64,000 nucleotides of DNA from Camelus ferus. Taxonomy: Eukaryota. Shown in pieces: positions 1-11,268 of this stretch (within the stretch, counting starts at the first letter, position 1; each line of letters starts with the position of its first letter). The notes under the pieces are model-generated. The model was not told where the DNA came from. It ran no database searches and worked only from the letters and a program-made list of their open reading frames with translations. The DNA lies in assembly GCF_009834535.1 (NCBI RefSeq), contig NC_045697.1, positions 109,804,001-109,868,000 on the forward strand. Direction: 5' to 3'. The position numbers and the translations under genes were made by a program.

Positions 1-637
1 TTGGCTGTTTATTTTATTTTATTTTTTATTGAAGTATAGTTGATTTACAATATTATATTAGTTTCAGGTGTATAGCATAGGGAGTCAGTATTTTTAGAGT
101 TAATAGAAAGTATTAGACGACAATGGCTAAAACTTCCTGTGTTGTACAATATATCCTTGTTGCTGATGTATTTTATATGTAATACTTCACATTGCTTAAT
201 CCCATACCCCTCATTTGTCCCTCCTCCCTACCCTTTGGTAACCACTAGTTTGTGTTCTATATCTGTGAGTCTTTTTCTGTTTTGCTATGTACCTTCTTTT
301 GTACTATTTTTTAGATTCCACTTATAAATGATACCATACAGTATTTGTCTTTCTTTGTCTGACTTATTTCACTATGCATATGGACTATTCTCTAGGTCCA
401 TCCATGTTGCTGCAAATGGCAGAATTTCATTCTTTTTAATGGCTGAGTAATATTCTATTGTGTGTATGTACACCACATCCTCTTTATCCATTTGTCTGTT
501 GATGGGAACTTCAGTTGTTTCCATATCTTGGCTATTGTAAATAGTGCTGCTGTGAACATTGGGGTGTGTGTATCTTTTTAAGTTAGTGTTTTTGTTTTTT
601 TTTCTGGTTGTACACCCAAGAGTGGAATTGCTGGGTT
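1..637 (-). mobile_element. L1 LINE 3' end fragment (artiodactyl-type)
   Basis: T-rich tail, then ttttattgaagtatagttgatttacaat ... tccatccatgttgctgcaaatggcagaatttcattc ... agtggaattgctggg, which is typical of a reverse-oriented L1 3'UTR/ORF2 end. Confidence 0.85.
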
Positions 638-2581
638 TGACTATCCTTTAGATGAAAAACATCTTAAAATTCATAAGTGAACCAAGCCAATGCAATTGAA
701 TATTATTGATTGAAAGCTGATAGGCAGGTAAGAAACCAGCATTTGCTAGGAGTATGCTATCACTTAACCTTCCAGTAACATTTTTAGGGAAAATTCTATT
801 TTTTTGATGATAATTTGCTTAAGGTCAGGAATCTCATTAGGGACAAGACTAACGTTGTGACTTGGGTTTCTGGAGTGACTTGTTTAGGAATAGCAATCCT
901 GGCTCTCTTTAGGGAATTTCTTTCCACTTTGAAAATTACCGGAAACAAGAGAAAGAGGAAACTACTTGGTCATCATGATTGGAAAAAAAATTTTATAGAG
1001 TTTATCAGTTCTGGAAAAAATTACAACAAATGAGAAATTTTACTAGAGAGGAAGAGCAGAGAATCAAAATTCTCCCCAAGGCCCCTCATTTCACCTTTGG
1101 AAGAAGATTAAAGCTGGTATGTAGCAAATAAAACTTCCAGCCTAAAGTCTGCCAAAAAGTCAAAGAAGATTGCATGGTTTTTTTACTCTTGTCAGTGCAA
1201 TCTTTCTAGCTCGAGGAAAAAGACTATCAAACCATATGTGGTTCAACATAATTCCTGATGTCACTCGTATGAACTAACAGCATTTCTTGACATGGGTGTT
1301 TTACTCTGAAAACAAACTGTGTATTCAGGCTAGAGAAGTGACTCTTCTCAAGTGCATGTAGTACTTTTCATCAGAGCTGGACTCTGCCCTCTCCTTGGTC
1401 CTTTGATGGACAGAACTATGTTCTAAATCTGAAGACAGTGGTACCACATCTTTTTCTCTCTTTATCTTTTTGAATATCGTAAACATTTGTTTTAAATACT
1501 TTTTCAAGTGGACCCATCCCCTCTAACCGTTGAGGTGCCATTTCTCCCATTGTTTGGTGGTTTGCTCCTCAAAGTATGACTGGTCAGACTTTGTTGTTCA
1601 CTGACCTGCCACAGAGGTTGCCTTGGGAGCCTCATGTCCCCTGGGTCATTGTTTCCCTGTTGAGTGGCTTGGAGTTGGTGTGAGTGAGGACCCAACCGAC
1701 TTCAGTGTTTCAGCCTACTGTTTAGGTTAATGTGTCACTCTTGGATTTCTGTGGCTCTTGGGAGTAGAATTTAGACTGCACTCCTGAGCATGGCCTGGAG
1801 TTAAGACCTTGATGCCAGCCCAGGAAGGTGGGCAGAGGTGTTTCATTCCTTATCTTGTGCTTATACAGGGCAGCCCTTTATGCCCCCAGCTTTATTTGGA
1901 AGGCACAGTTCAATCCTTCCATTTTTCTTGGGACTGAGTCCTTGTATTTTGTATGTTAAACCCAGACCTCAGCCCTCGAACCCAGATCTGAAACTGATCG
2001 TGTGTGGTCATTTGCTTTCAGCTCATCATTCTGGTTTTGAGTTCTCTCTTTTTTTTCCGTTATATGGAAATTTCTCTTTCCTGTTTGCACACTCAGCCTC
2101 ATTTTCTTTTGTTATTATTGTTATTATTTTTTTCCAGCACGTCTAGGTGTTTGGAGTAGAATGGAGGTTTCCTCTGTGTTGACTCTGTCTTCCATGTTGG
2201 CGGGAAGTTTCCTGTGGTGGAGTATGTGATATCTTCATTCTGTTTTAAATGATCTGGTTACCTGTCGACTTTCCTGAATGTATGTTATGCTAACCTCTTA
2301 GTTACACTTAGGAGATAAATATGTAGAGTGGTAGCAGAATATGTATGTAAAATGCTGGCTAATTAGGGAATAACTTATTGAATCACTATTGTCACTAAAT
2401 AGATATGAATCCAGAAACCACATTAGCCTAGAAAATGATGGGCAATATATTTAAGCTCAGAATTTACAAGAACACTTTTGCAGAGTTTGAAAGCACGATT
2501 TGTAGAGTTCCTGTGGGTTGAAAAAGTTACCTAGACTCTTTTGAGCAATGAAACTTTGGCTAAGAATATGTTTTAATGAGG

Positions 2582-2582
<1 letters not shown>

Positions 2583-2614
<32 letters not shown>
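2583..2614. repeat. poly(T) run of about 31 nt
   Basis: Direct reading; no adjacent element body or TSD seen. Confidence 0.9.
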
Positions 2615-2616
<2 letters not shown>

Positions 2617-5290
2617 TGGAGGGAGAGAAGACTGGCGTTCTACTTGCTGTATATAAACCCAACTATAACCTCTTAACAGGTGTTCCCAGCATAAAGAAAA
2701 CTACTGTTCTGTTCTCCTTTGAGACTTCTTATATGTCATACTGGTTCAGATTCAATCACAAGAGTAGGGTAGCAGATTACACAATTAAATTGGTCCTTTT
2801 CACCAGTTTCAGAGTGAGAAAAGAAACTAGATTCCCACTTTGGATCTGTAAGCAAGTGGTTTTGAAATTTTAAAAAATATATTTGAGCTTCATAGCTTTC
2901 TTCTTCCATGGGTCTTGGAAGGAAAAACATTTAATGTTCCTTATTCAGGTCATCTACTTTCAGGTGAAATTTAGTTTTTTAAGGTTGTGTCCAGTGGAAA
3001 GGTTTCTTTGGTGTACTTGCTAGAAACACAATGCTAACAATGAAGGAGGATCAGAACGCTGCGATTCTTTGGAACAGACCATTCCAGAACAGAACTGAAC
3101 CCATGTGCCTATTTCAAGAATATTTGCAAAAAATGCGTGGAACACATATTTTGATTCATCTTGGTTTAATGTCAGTGGGATGAAAAAGGAAGGCTAAAAT
3201 AACTGTCTAAACCTGATTACAATTCTTGACCTGGTAAGTATTTCTCTTGCAAAGCAGGAAATGAGATTATCATCTTTTTAGAGGGGTCAACACCGGGGAA
3301 GGGTTAGAAGAGCGTGTGGCAATCAAAATAAAAACAAAACATACCCCCTCTTCGGCCCTAACACCTCATAAAAGTGAAGTCCCAACCAAAACACTGAAAA
3401 CCCAAGAGCTCTAAACAAATCCTAATACACTGAAAGATCCTAATAAAAATATGTAGTACTACATAAAAAATTATCAGGATGTTTTGAAAGCTGTGGGACA
3501 GCTGGTCGGGTGGGGGCGGGGGACAAAAAGTGGAAAGAGTAAGATTCTGTCATAGTCCTAAGAAGTTTCCCAAAACCTCTGCAAAAAACCTTAAGGCAGG
3601 GTCTGTGAATCCACTCCACCTTTGTGAATCCACCCCACCTAGTAAAGAATCTTTGCCTGTTTGGGTTCCTTTACTTTCGGGGCTCGTCAGTGAGCCTGCT
3701 CCACACAAAGACCTTACTTTAAAGTATATAAGAAATCCTTGTATGGGGAAATAAAAACTTAAGTTTGGACAGAGTCATGTGGTGAAGACCACAGCTTTCT
3801 CCTTTCGTAGCTTGGGATGCATTTTCATTCCTATCAGCAGAGGTTTTTCTCCAATCAGCTGGTCTGATTTCAAGGAGAGGAAGTTTGAATAATAAACTAT
3901 TTTAATTGCATGAAATCATTTCATTGTAAAGAAAGAGAGCCATTGATGGTTTTGGCCAAAATTATGGCCAAAGTGATATTATGGATCCAGGTTGGGACAT
4001 GGCCATATTCTAGGGACTTAAAAGGGTACTAGCACAATGTGCCAAATCTTACCGCCTTGAAAAGAAGTAGCCTTGATTGAATCTTCTAGTTTTTCTGATT
4101 TGGGAGATCACCTCTTCCTTTTTTTTTCTTTCTTGTTTTAACAATAACAACAAAACCAGAAATGAAGTTTCTTGGGGAAATGGAAGGATTTTAAGTAAAC
4201 TAATCTATCTCATACCTTCTTTCCCCAACTCCCCAGGCCAGAAGTTTGAGATTTCCCTTTTTCTACACTAAATCCTCTTTTTCTCTTCAGAATAACCAAC
4301 TCATAGGCTTGTCATAGTGGAAGAAAAGGTGTTCTGCTGTGCTATGATAAAAGACAGACACTACATGACCCAAGATTTCCACAGAGAGATTTTTGCTCTC
4401 CTGTCTGAAACAGAACACAGTGCCTCTACAAAGCCTAGGCAAATCTGAATATAAGAGTATCAGAATGGAAAACATGGTTTCAAGAATTCTTACCATACCC
4501 AATATTTTCTATGCGGTGTCTTGGATTTAAAAAAAATACAAGCAATGTTAGCATGGGAAGGGGCTGTAGAGATAAGATAATCTAAGCTTCAACATTTAAT
4601 GATGAGAAATTGAGGTCCAGATAAATTGAGTTGAGAACCAATAAGTCTAATGGTTTCTTCTACAAATTCTCCTGCTTTCTATGTTTGATTAATTTTTTGT
4701 TTTTGTGAATGAACCCAAAAGATGATTACTACAAGACAGAAAGGGAAGAAGTGTCAGTCATCCATAGTTTTTGTGAATCCCAACCACATCTAAAGTCATC
4801 AAGTCAAGAAATAAAAATATACGATGATAATCTAATTAATGACTTTGTGCCATCTTTGGAAAGAATTGTGCAAGTTTATTTCTTCAAAAATTACTCCATA
4901 GACTTAAATAAACTTAATAAGATTCATTTTTATAATCCTTGTCCCCTGACTCTTGACCCACAGTTCAAATCTTGGGTGTAGAATTTAGGTTCCTTTGATA
5001 ACAGACATCCAACTGTGACAAAAGGTATTTCAAAATGTAAAGAAACATCTGGGTTTTGTTGTGGAATTGTATGTATGAATCTCTTGACGATGTTGGGAAT
5101 GGCAAACATGCCAGGATTATTGCTTTGATTTGGTGACTAAACACAGGAATCCTTTCGCCAATATGACAAATATTGAGAAATTTGAATTCCCCAACTTCTT
5201 TCGTAAAAAATACAGAAGTGATTATTTTTTGCAAAATATCTTTATAAAAGGAAGATTTCAAGTGATCATCTGTGAGCCTATTTCTATATT

Positions 5291-5380
5291 CAATGGTTCT
5301 TAAGCCAGGAGCAAGTCTCCCCCCACCCCGCCCTCTTCGCTCAGCAATGCTTAGAGGCATTGTGGTTCTCATGATGGAGG
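5291..5380 (+). mobile_element. MER20-like hAT MITE, 5' half
   Basis: caatggttcttaagccagg...gcaatgcttagaggcattgtggttctcatga resembles the recalled MER20 start (cagtggttctcaacc...gcaatgtctggagacatttttggttgtcacaac). Confidence 0.65.
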
Positions 5381-6140
5381 GGATTTAAGAAAGGCTTTGT
5401 GGATGAGGTATTGAGGCAGAGCTTGAAGAATAGAGAGAATTTCAATGGTCTGTGTGTCTTCCCGAGTCAAGACAGACTGGTTGAGATCTGTAGGATGTGT
5501 TTGGAGAATGATGAGCAGTTTAATTTGCTCAGTGTCAGAAAAGCTGAGAGGCATATGCACAGAACCCAGGATGGAATCAGAACATCTGATGGTTTTTGAG
5601 CAAGCAGGTGGCATGATCAGAATGTGATCACATGATGAGTATGCTGACAAAAGCACAGAAAATGGGCTGGAATAGAAAGCTGAAGGGGCAGGAACAGTTG
5701 GAAGGTGTCCTCATGACCTGGGCAAGACTGGTTGAAGGAACTGGGCAAGGGAGCACTGATTGCACAATAGTGCAGAATTAGACTTGATAGGACTCCATGT
5801 GAGTTGGTCGTTCATTGACTGTGGGGGCCAATAAATGAGGAGGAGTTGGAGAAGACACCAAGGTTTTGAACCTGAGGACTTGGAAGTCATAGAGCTATTC
5901 ACAGGTTTCACAGGTACAAGGACGTTAAAGGGAGAAGCTGGTTTGTGTCAAGATGATTTCTTTTTGAACATGTTGAATTAAAGATGCTTGAGGACATTCA
6001 AGTGAAATCCCCTAGCTGCTGGTTTGAACCATGGGATCAGGGATTGGAAACGGAGATAGGGGTAAAGGGGCAGAAATGTGGTTGTCTTTTTCACAGAGGA
6101 GTGATTAATGTGGATAAAGTCTGATCATAGAACTTTGGTT
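5380..6140 (-). repeat. Left arm of ~760-bp inverted duplication (L2-derived sequence)
   Basis: Reverse complement of 7730-8490. The ORF track shows near-identical peptides at 5369-5656(-) and 8204-8479(+). Confidence 0.95.
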
Positions 6141-6255
6141 GGAAATGATTAGTGAATAGAAGCCAAGGATGCTGCTAAACACCTTACTAAGCACAGGATA
6201 ACCTCTTTCTTTTTACCAGGCTTAAATGTCAGTATTTCTGAGGCTGAGGAACCTG
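6141..6255 (+). mobile_element. MER20-like hAT MITE, 3' half
   Basis: tagaagccaaggatgctgctaaacaccttac...gcacagga...aaatgtcagtatttctgaggctgaggaacctg matches the recalled MER20 3' half. Confidence 0.75.
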
Positions 6256-7599
6256 TTATAATGCTTTCTTCTTTCTTAATATTTCACTTGTCTGTATGAT
6301 TTGTGATGGTCAGCTAACCCTCATTTATACACCCCAACATGGCTTAAACCCAGCATATAGCACATGATAAGCCCATCTGTTTCAAAGTATGATTTTACAG
6401 ATCAGAAAGCCTCGTGCCTGGCAAGCCTTCTGTCTCCTCCTGACTTCAAAATATCTTCCTGCGAGATCAGTTCCCTACCAGCGTTTTACAAACATTAAAG
6501 TTGTGCACACTCTGCAACAGCAAAAACACGATATAAGAATTACTTAAGAAGCAAAATAAAATGGCTGAACTCTTAACCCTGCCCTCACCCCACCAGAAAT
6601 ATACCAGAGTCAGCCTGTACTCTCACTAGCCCTTTAGTCATTAAAAAAAATTAAACAAGAATGAGAAGGAAATAGACTCCATTCTCCTCCTTGCCTTAAG
6701 CCTGTAAAATTGTAGTGCATTTGGGATAAAGTATTTTGCATTTTATGACCACTTCAGTTTACTATAGAAGAGAAACGTCAAACATCTTTATCTAATTTGT
6801 TACATTGCACATTGTCCAGGTTTGGCTGATGATTGGAGTATATTTGCCCTTTCCCACACATTTGAATAGAAAAGGAACACCTCCTTGTATTTGGAAATGT
6901 TCATTTGTAGTTGTTATGTTAGAATCATCTCCATAGGTCTGCATTTTGCTTGTTTCCATAGTAACCATGCAGCCCTATAACTTCCTTAAAAGGTCATCTA
7001 GTTTTTAATCAGTGAATTAGAATTTCCTGCCTTTGTACTCTGTATTCTGCTTTTTTTTTCTTTCTTCTTTTTTTTTTTAATCCTTGGTTTGGGAATGAAC
7101 GCAAGTAGAGGGATGAGAGGATGGCACACATTAAATGAAACATATGTTTAACCTGTGAGAAATACATATGGGCTCCCTTTGGTTATATAGTTCTTCCCTA
7201 AGAATATTTCTTAACCTATGAGGTGTAATGAGCTAAGTAGAACATTCAGGTGTCCAGCCCATTCAGTGCAGTGAGCATTATCAATAATAACACCTAGATC
7301 ACTGGACAAAACCTGCATTTTCACAGATAAAGAAGATAAAATTGTCTTATATATATAAGGCTTCCTATATGAGGAAGGGAGCTTGCCTTGCTTGTCCAAG
7401 AGCTTTTAACTCTTTAAAAGATCAGGGATTTGAGTCTGAAAACAGAATCGATGCTCTTAATCAGAGGCTGACAGCCTCCTGTTTAAACATAGCAAGACAG
7501 ACCACGATTGATGGTTCAGGATGGTCTATTTTCTCGACGTCTTGAGGTTTCTTCGTTGTCTCGCTAACTGCTAAATCCAGCCCTTTGTTCTGCTCTCTT

Positions 7600-8732
7600 A
7601 CTTACATGTATGTCTTTCAGCATTTGGCATTGTTGTTGAGTACTCCTCCCTCATTTGCTTCCCTCATTAAACCCTCTCTCTGATTTTTATCGCCAATTCT
7701 TCCATCTCTTTCTCTGTAAGTTTTTCTCTAACCAAAGTTCTATGATCAGACTTTATGCATATTAATCACTCCTCTGTGAAAAAGACAACCACATTTCTGC
7801 CCCTTTACCCATATCTCCTTTCCCAATCCCTGATCCCATGGTTCAAACCAGCAGCTAGGGGATTTCACTTGAATGTCCTCAAGCATCTTTAATTCAACAT
7901 GTTCAAAAAGAAATCATCTTGACACAAACCAGCTTCTTCCTTTAATGTCCTTGTACTGTAAATAGCTCTATGTCCTCCAAGCACTCAAGTTCAAAACCTT
8001 GGTGTCCTCTCCAACTCCTCCTCATTTATTGGCCCCCACAGTCAATAAATGACCAACTCACTTGGAGTCCTATCAAGTCTAATTCTGCACTATTGTGCAA
8101 TCAGTGCTCCCTTGCCCAGTTCCTTCAACCAGTCTTGCCCAGGTCATGAGGACACCTTCCAACTGTTCCTGCCCCTTCAGCTTTCTATTCCAGCCCATTT
8201 TCTGTGCTTTTGTCAGCATACTCATCATGTGATCACATTCTGATCATGCCACCTGCTTGCTCAAAAACCATCAGATGTTCTGATTCCATCCTGGGTTCTG
8301 TGCATATGCCTCTCAGCTTTTCTGACACTGAGCAAATTAAACTGCTCATCATTCTCCAAACACATCCTACAGATCTCAACCAGTCTGTCTTGACACGGGC
8401 AGATACACAGATCATTGAAATTCTCTCTGTTCTTCAAGCTCTGCCTCAGGCAGTATCTTATTCACAAAGCCCTTCTTAATTTCCATCCCACAACTTTTGG
8501 TCCTTATAGTTTCCCCATCATCCTCCTGCTATTTTGTGTCTGTGTCATGCCACTTTTCCTGCTCTGTTTTTATAATTTTTGTTAATTTACCTTGGTCCTT
8601 CTTGCCTCCTCTTATCTCATGAATCTTTTTCTGGCAGGGATCATGTCTTCCTTAGCTCGGTACCTTCACCTCTCCAGCACCTAGGACAGTGCCTGAGACA
8701 TAGTAGAAACTCAGTGACTTTTTGTTGAACTA
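7600..8732 (+). mobile_element. L2 LINE 3' region, containing the right arm of the inverted duplication
   Basis: cacttgaatgtcctcaagcatctttaattcaacatgttcaaaa; L2-type terminus gcagggatcatgtc...gcacctaggacagtgcctgagacatagtag...tgttgaac. Confidence 0.7.
7730..8490 (+). repeat. Right arm of ~760-bp inverted duplication
   Basis: aaccaaagttctatgatcag... at 7730 is the reverse complement of ctgatcatagaactttggtt ending at 6140; similarity continues to ~8490. Confidence 0.95.
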
Positions 8733-9261
8733 ACCACAGCAATACTAGTGGGATGTCTGGCACAGAGAGCAGGAAATGTATGTTTAGAAAGGGTCTCTGA
8801 TTTCCTGGTGCTTCTGGAAGTGCTTCTTCAATGTATCATTCACCACCTGGCACAGATCTGTCATCTCACCTTTTCTGTGTCACCAAACAGCAACTTCTCT
8901 TTTCTGCTTAGAAGCCCAGGTCCATCTCTAGAGATACATGTTGACATTCTCCTGAGGCTTCATCAAGTAAAAATCAGTCTGGCTGTAAAGTAAACAACAC
9001 AGAGTTCCACTTGAGAAAAATAGAACAGAGAAAACTGGAAACTCTCTGTTGGTTAGAGGTACCCATCCGTGTGGGCTATTGACTGAATTAGGGTACAAGT
9101 GCTCCCAACAGGATGCAAATGTCAAGCAAAATTTTACAAGCATTGCACTCTGCTTCCTCCTCTCTTATTTTTTCAGATGCCTCCTTTTAGTCCTTACCTC
9201 CCCAAATCTTAAAACCCCACTAAGACCAGCAATCCTTTGAACTCCTTAAAAAAAAGGACTA

Positions 9262-9860
9262 AACATTTTTAGAGCAGTTTTAGGTTAACAGTAAAATTAA
9301 GACGAAGATACACAGATTTTTCCATATACCCCCTGCCCTCACACATGCATAGCCTCCCCCCTTATCAGCATCCTCCCCCAGAGTGGTACCTTTGTTACGA
9401 CTGATGAACCTACACTGACACATTGTAATTAATTGGAATGTTGTACATTCTATGGGTTTGGAAAAACGTGTCCTGATATATATCCATCATTATAGTATCA
9501 TACAGTGTAGTTTCATTGCCCTAAAATTCCTCTGTGCTCTGCTTATTCATCCCCCCCACCAAGAACCTTTAGCAACCACTGATCTTTTACCGTCTCCCAT
9601 TTTTTGCCTTTTCCACAGTTTCATACAGTTGGAATCATAGAGTAAGTATAGCCTTTTCAGATCGGCTTCTCTCACTTAGTGATATGCTTTTAAGATTCTT
9701 CCATGTATTTTCATGGTTTGACAGCCCATTTTAAAAACGGTAGGACAATATTCCACTGTCTGGAAGTATCACAATTTATTATATTTTTCACCTACTGAAG
9801 GACATCTTGGCTGTTTCCAACTTTTGGCAATTTTGAATAAAACTTCTAGAAACATCAGTG
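9262..9860 (-). mobile_element. Old L1 (L1MC-like) 3' end
   Basis: tttttagagcagttttaggtt...ccagagtggtacctttgttac...gatgaacctacactgacacat...cacctactgaaggacatcttgg. Confidence 0.75.
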
Positions 9861-10984
9861 TCTTATAGTTTTCTGAATTCAGGTATTTTATCTCCTTGGT
9901 TAGATTTTGTTTTTCCTAGGTATTTTATGATAGTTCATTGTTAGTGAATAGAAACACAATATATTTCTGTAGATTAATTTTGAATCCTACAACTTTACTG
10001 AATTCATTCATTATTTCTAATAGTTGGGTTTTTTTTTTTTTTGGTGGCAGTCTTTAAGATTTTCTGCATGTACTATGTCATCAGCAAACAGTGACAATCT
10101 TATTTCTCCCTTTCCAATTTGGATTCCTTTATTTCTTTTTCTTCTCTGATAGCTGTGATTAGAACTTCCAATATGATGTTGAATAAAAGTGGCAAGAGTG
10201 GACATCCTTGTTAAGTTCTTATCTTAGAGGAAATGCTTTCAGTTTTTCACTGTTGAGTATGATGTTGGCCGTAGGTTTGTCATATATGGCCTTTATTATG
10301 TTGAGGTATGTTGAGTTCCCTCTGTTAGGCAGTTTGTTGGAAGTTTTTACATAAATTGATTTTAAATTTTGTCAAAAGCATCTATGAGATGCTCATATGA
10401 TTTTTATTCTTCTATTTACTAATGTGTCACATTGATTCATCTGTGGATATTGAACCATCCTTTTATCCCTAGGAAAAATTCTACTTGAAAATGCATGCTG
10501 TAGAATCCTTTTAATGTATTGTTGAATTTGATTTGCCTTTATGTTCATTAGTGATATTGTCCAGTAATTTTCCTTTTGTGTGTGTGTGTATCTTTGTCTG
10601 ATTTTGGTATCAGGATGATGCTGGCCCTGAGAATGATTTCAGAAATGTTCATTTCTCTTCAATATTTTGAGAAGGATAGGTATTAACTCTTCTTGAAATG
10701 TTGGAGAGAACTCATCTGTGAAACCATCTGGTGCTGGACTTTTTTTGATGGGGAGTTTTTTTTATTATTATTACTGATTTAGTTTAATTACTGGTAATTG
10801 GTCTGTTCATGTTTTTTATTTCTTCTTGGTTCAGTCTTGGAAAATGTACATTTCTAGAAGTTAATCCATTTTGTCTCGGTTGTGCATTTTATTTGTGCAT
10901 GATTATTTATAGTTCTCTCTTACGATCCTTTGTATTTCTGTGGTGTCAGTTGTATTTTATCCTTTCTCATTTTTTTTTCTTTTA

Positions 10985-11110
10985 GCTGGGGGGAAATAAT
11001 TAGGTTTATTTATTTAATTATTTATTTATTTAAATGGAGATACCGGGGAGTGAACCCAGGACCTCGTGCATGCTACGCATGCACTCTGCCACTGAGCTAT
11101 ACCCTCCCCA
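10985..11110 (-). mobile_element. tRNA-derived SINE (camelid Vic-1-like), long-tail form
   Basis: Reverse complement reads ggggagggtatagctcagtggcagagtgcatgcgtagcatgcacgaggtcctgggttcactcccc...aaataaacctaattatttcccc; pol III A and B boxes present. Confidence 0.85.
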
Positions 11111-11228
11111 CTGTTCTCTTGTGATTTGATGACTATCTAGTTTTATCTTTGGATTTCTTTCTCTTTTTTTGTGTGTGTATATCAATTCTTTTTGGTTTGT
11201 GGTTACCATAAGGTTAACATAGAACAAC

Positions 11229-11268
11229 ATATATATATATACATACACACACACACACACACACACAT
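11229..11268. repeat. (AT)n(AC)n microsatellite
   Basis: Direct reading. Confidence 0.9.

Noticed and set aside
1325..1695. Charged, exon-like minus-strand ORFs
   Set aside because: Short, with no recognisable homology and no convincing splice sites.
5369..5656. Duplicated 95/91-aa protein gene pair (with 8204-8479)
   Set aside because: The similarity comes from the DNA-level inverted duplication of L2-derived sequence. There is no protein family resemblance, and both strands show equally 'conserved' ORFs.
5380..8490. DNA transposon with 760-bp terminal inverted repeats
   Set aside because: The right arm is an internal part of a longer L2, there is no TSD, and the spacer has no transposase remnant.
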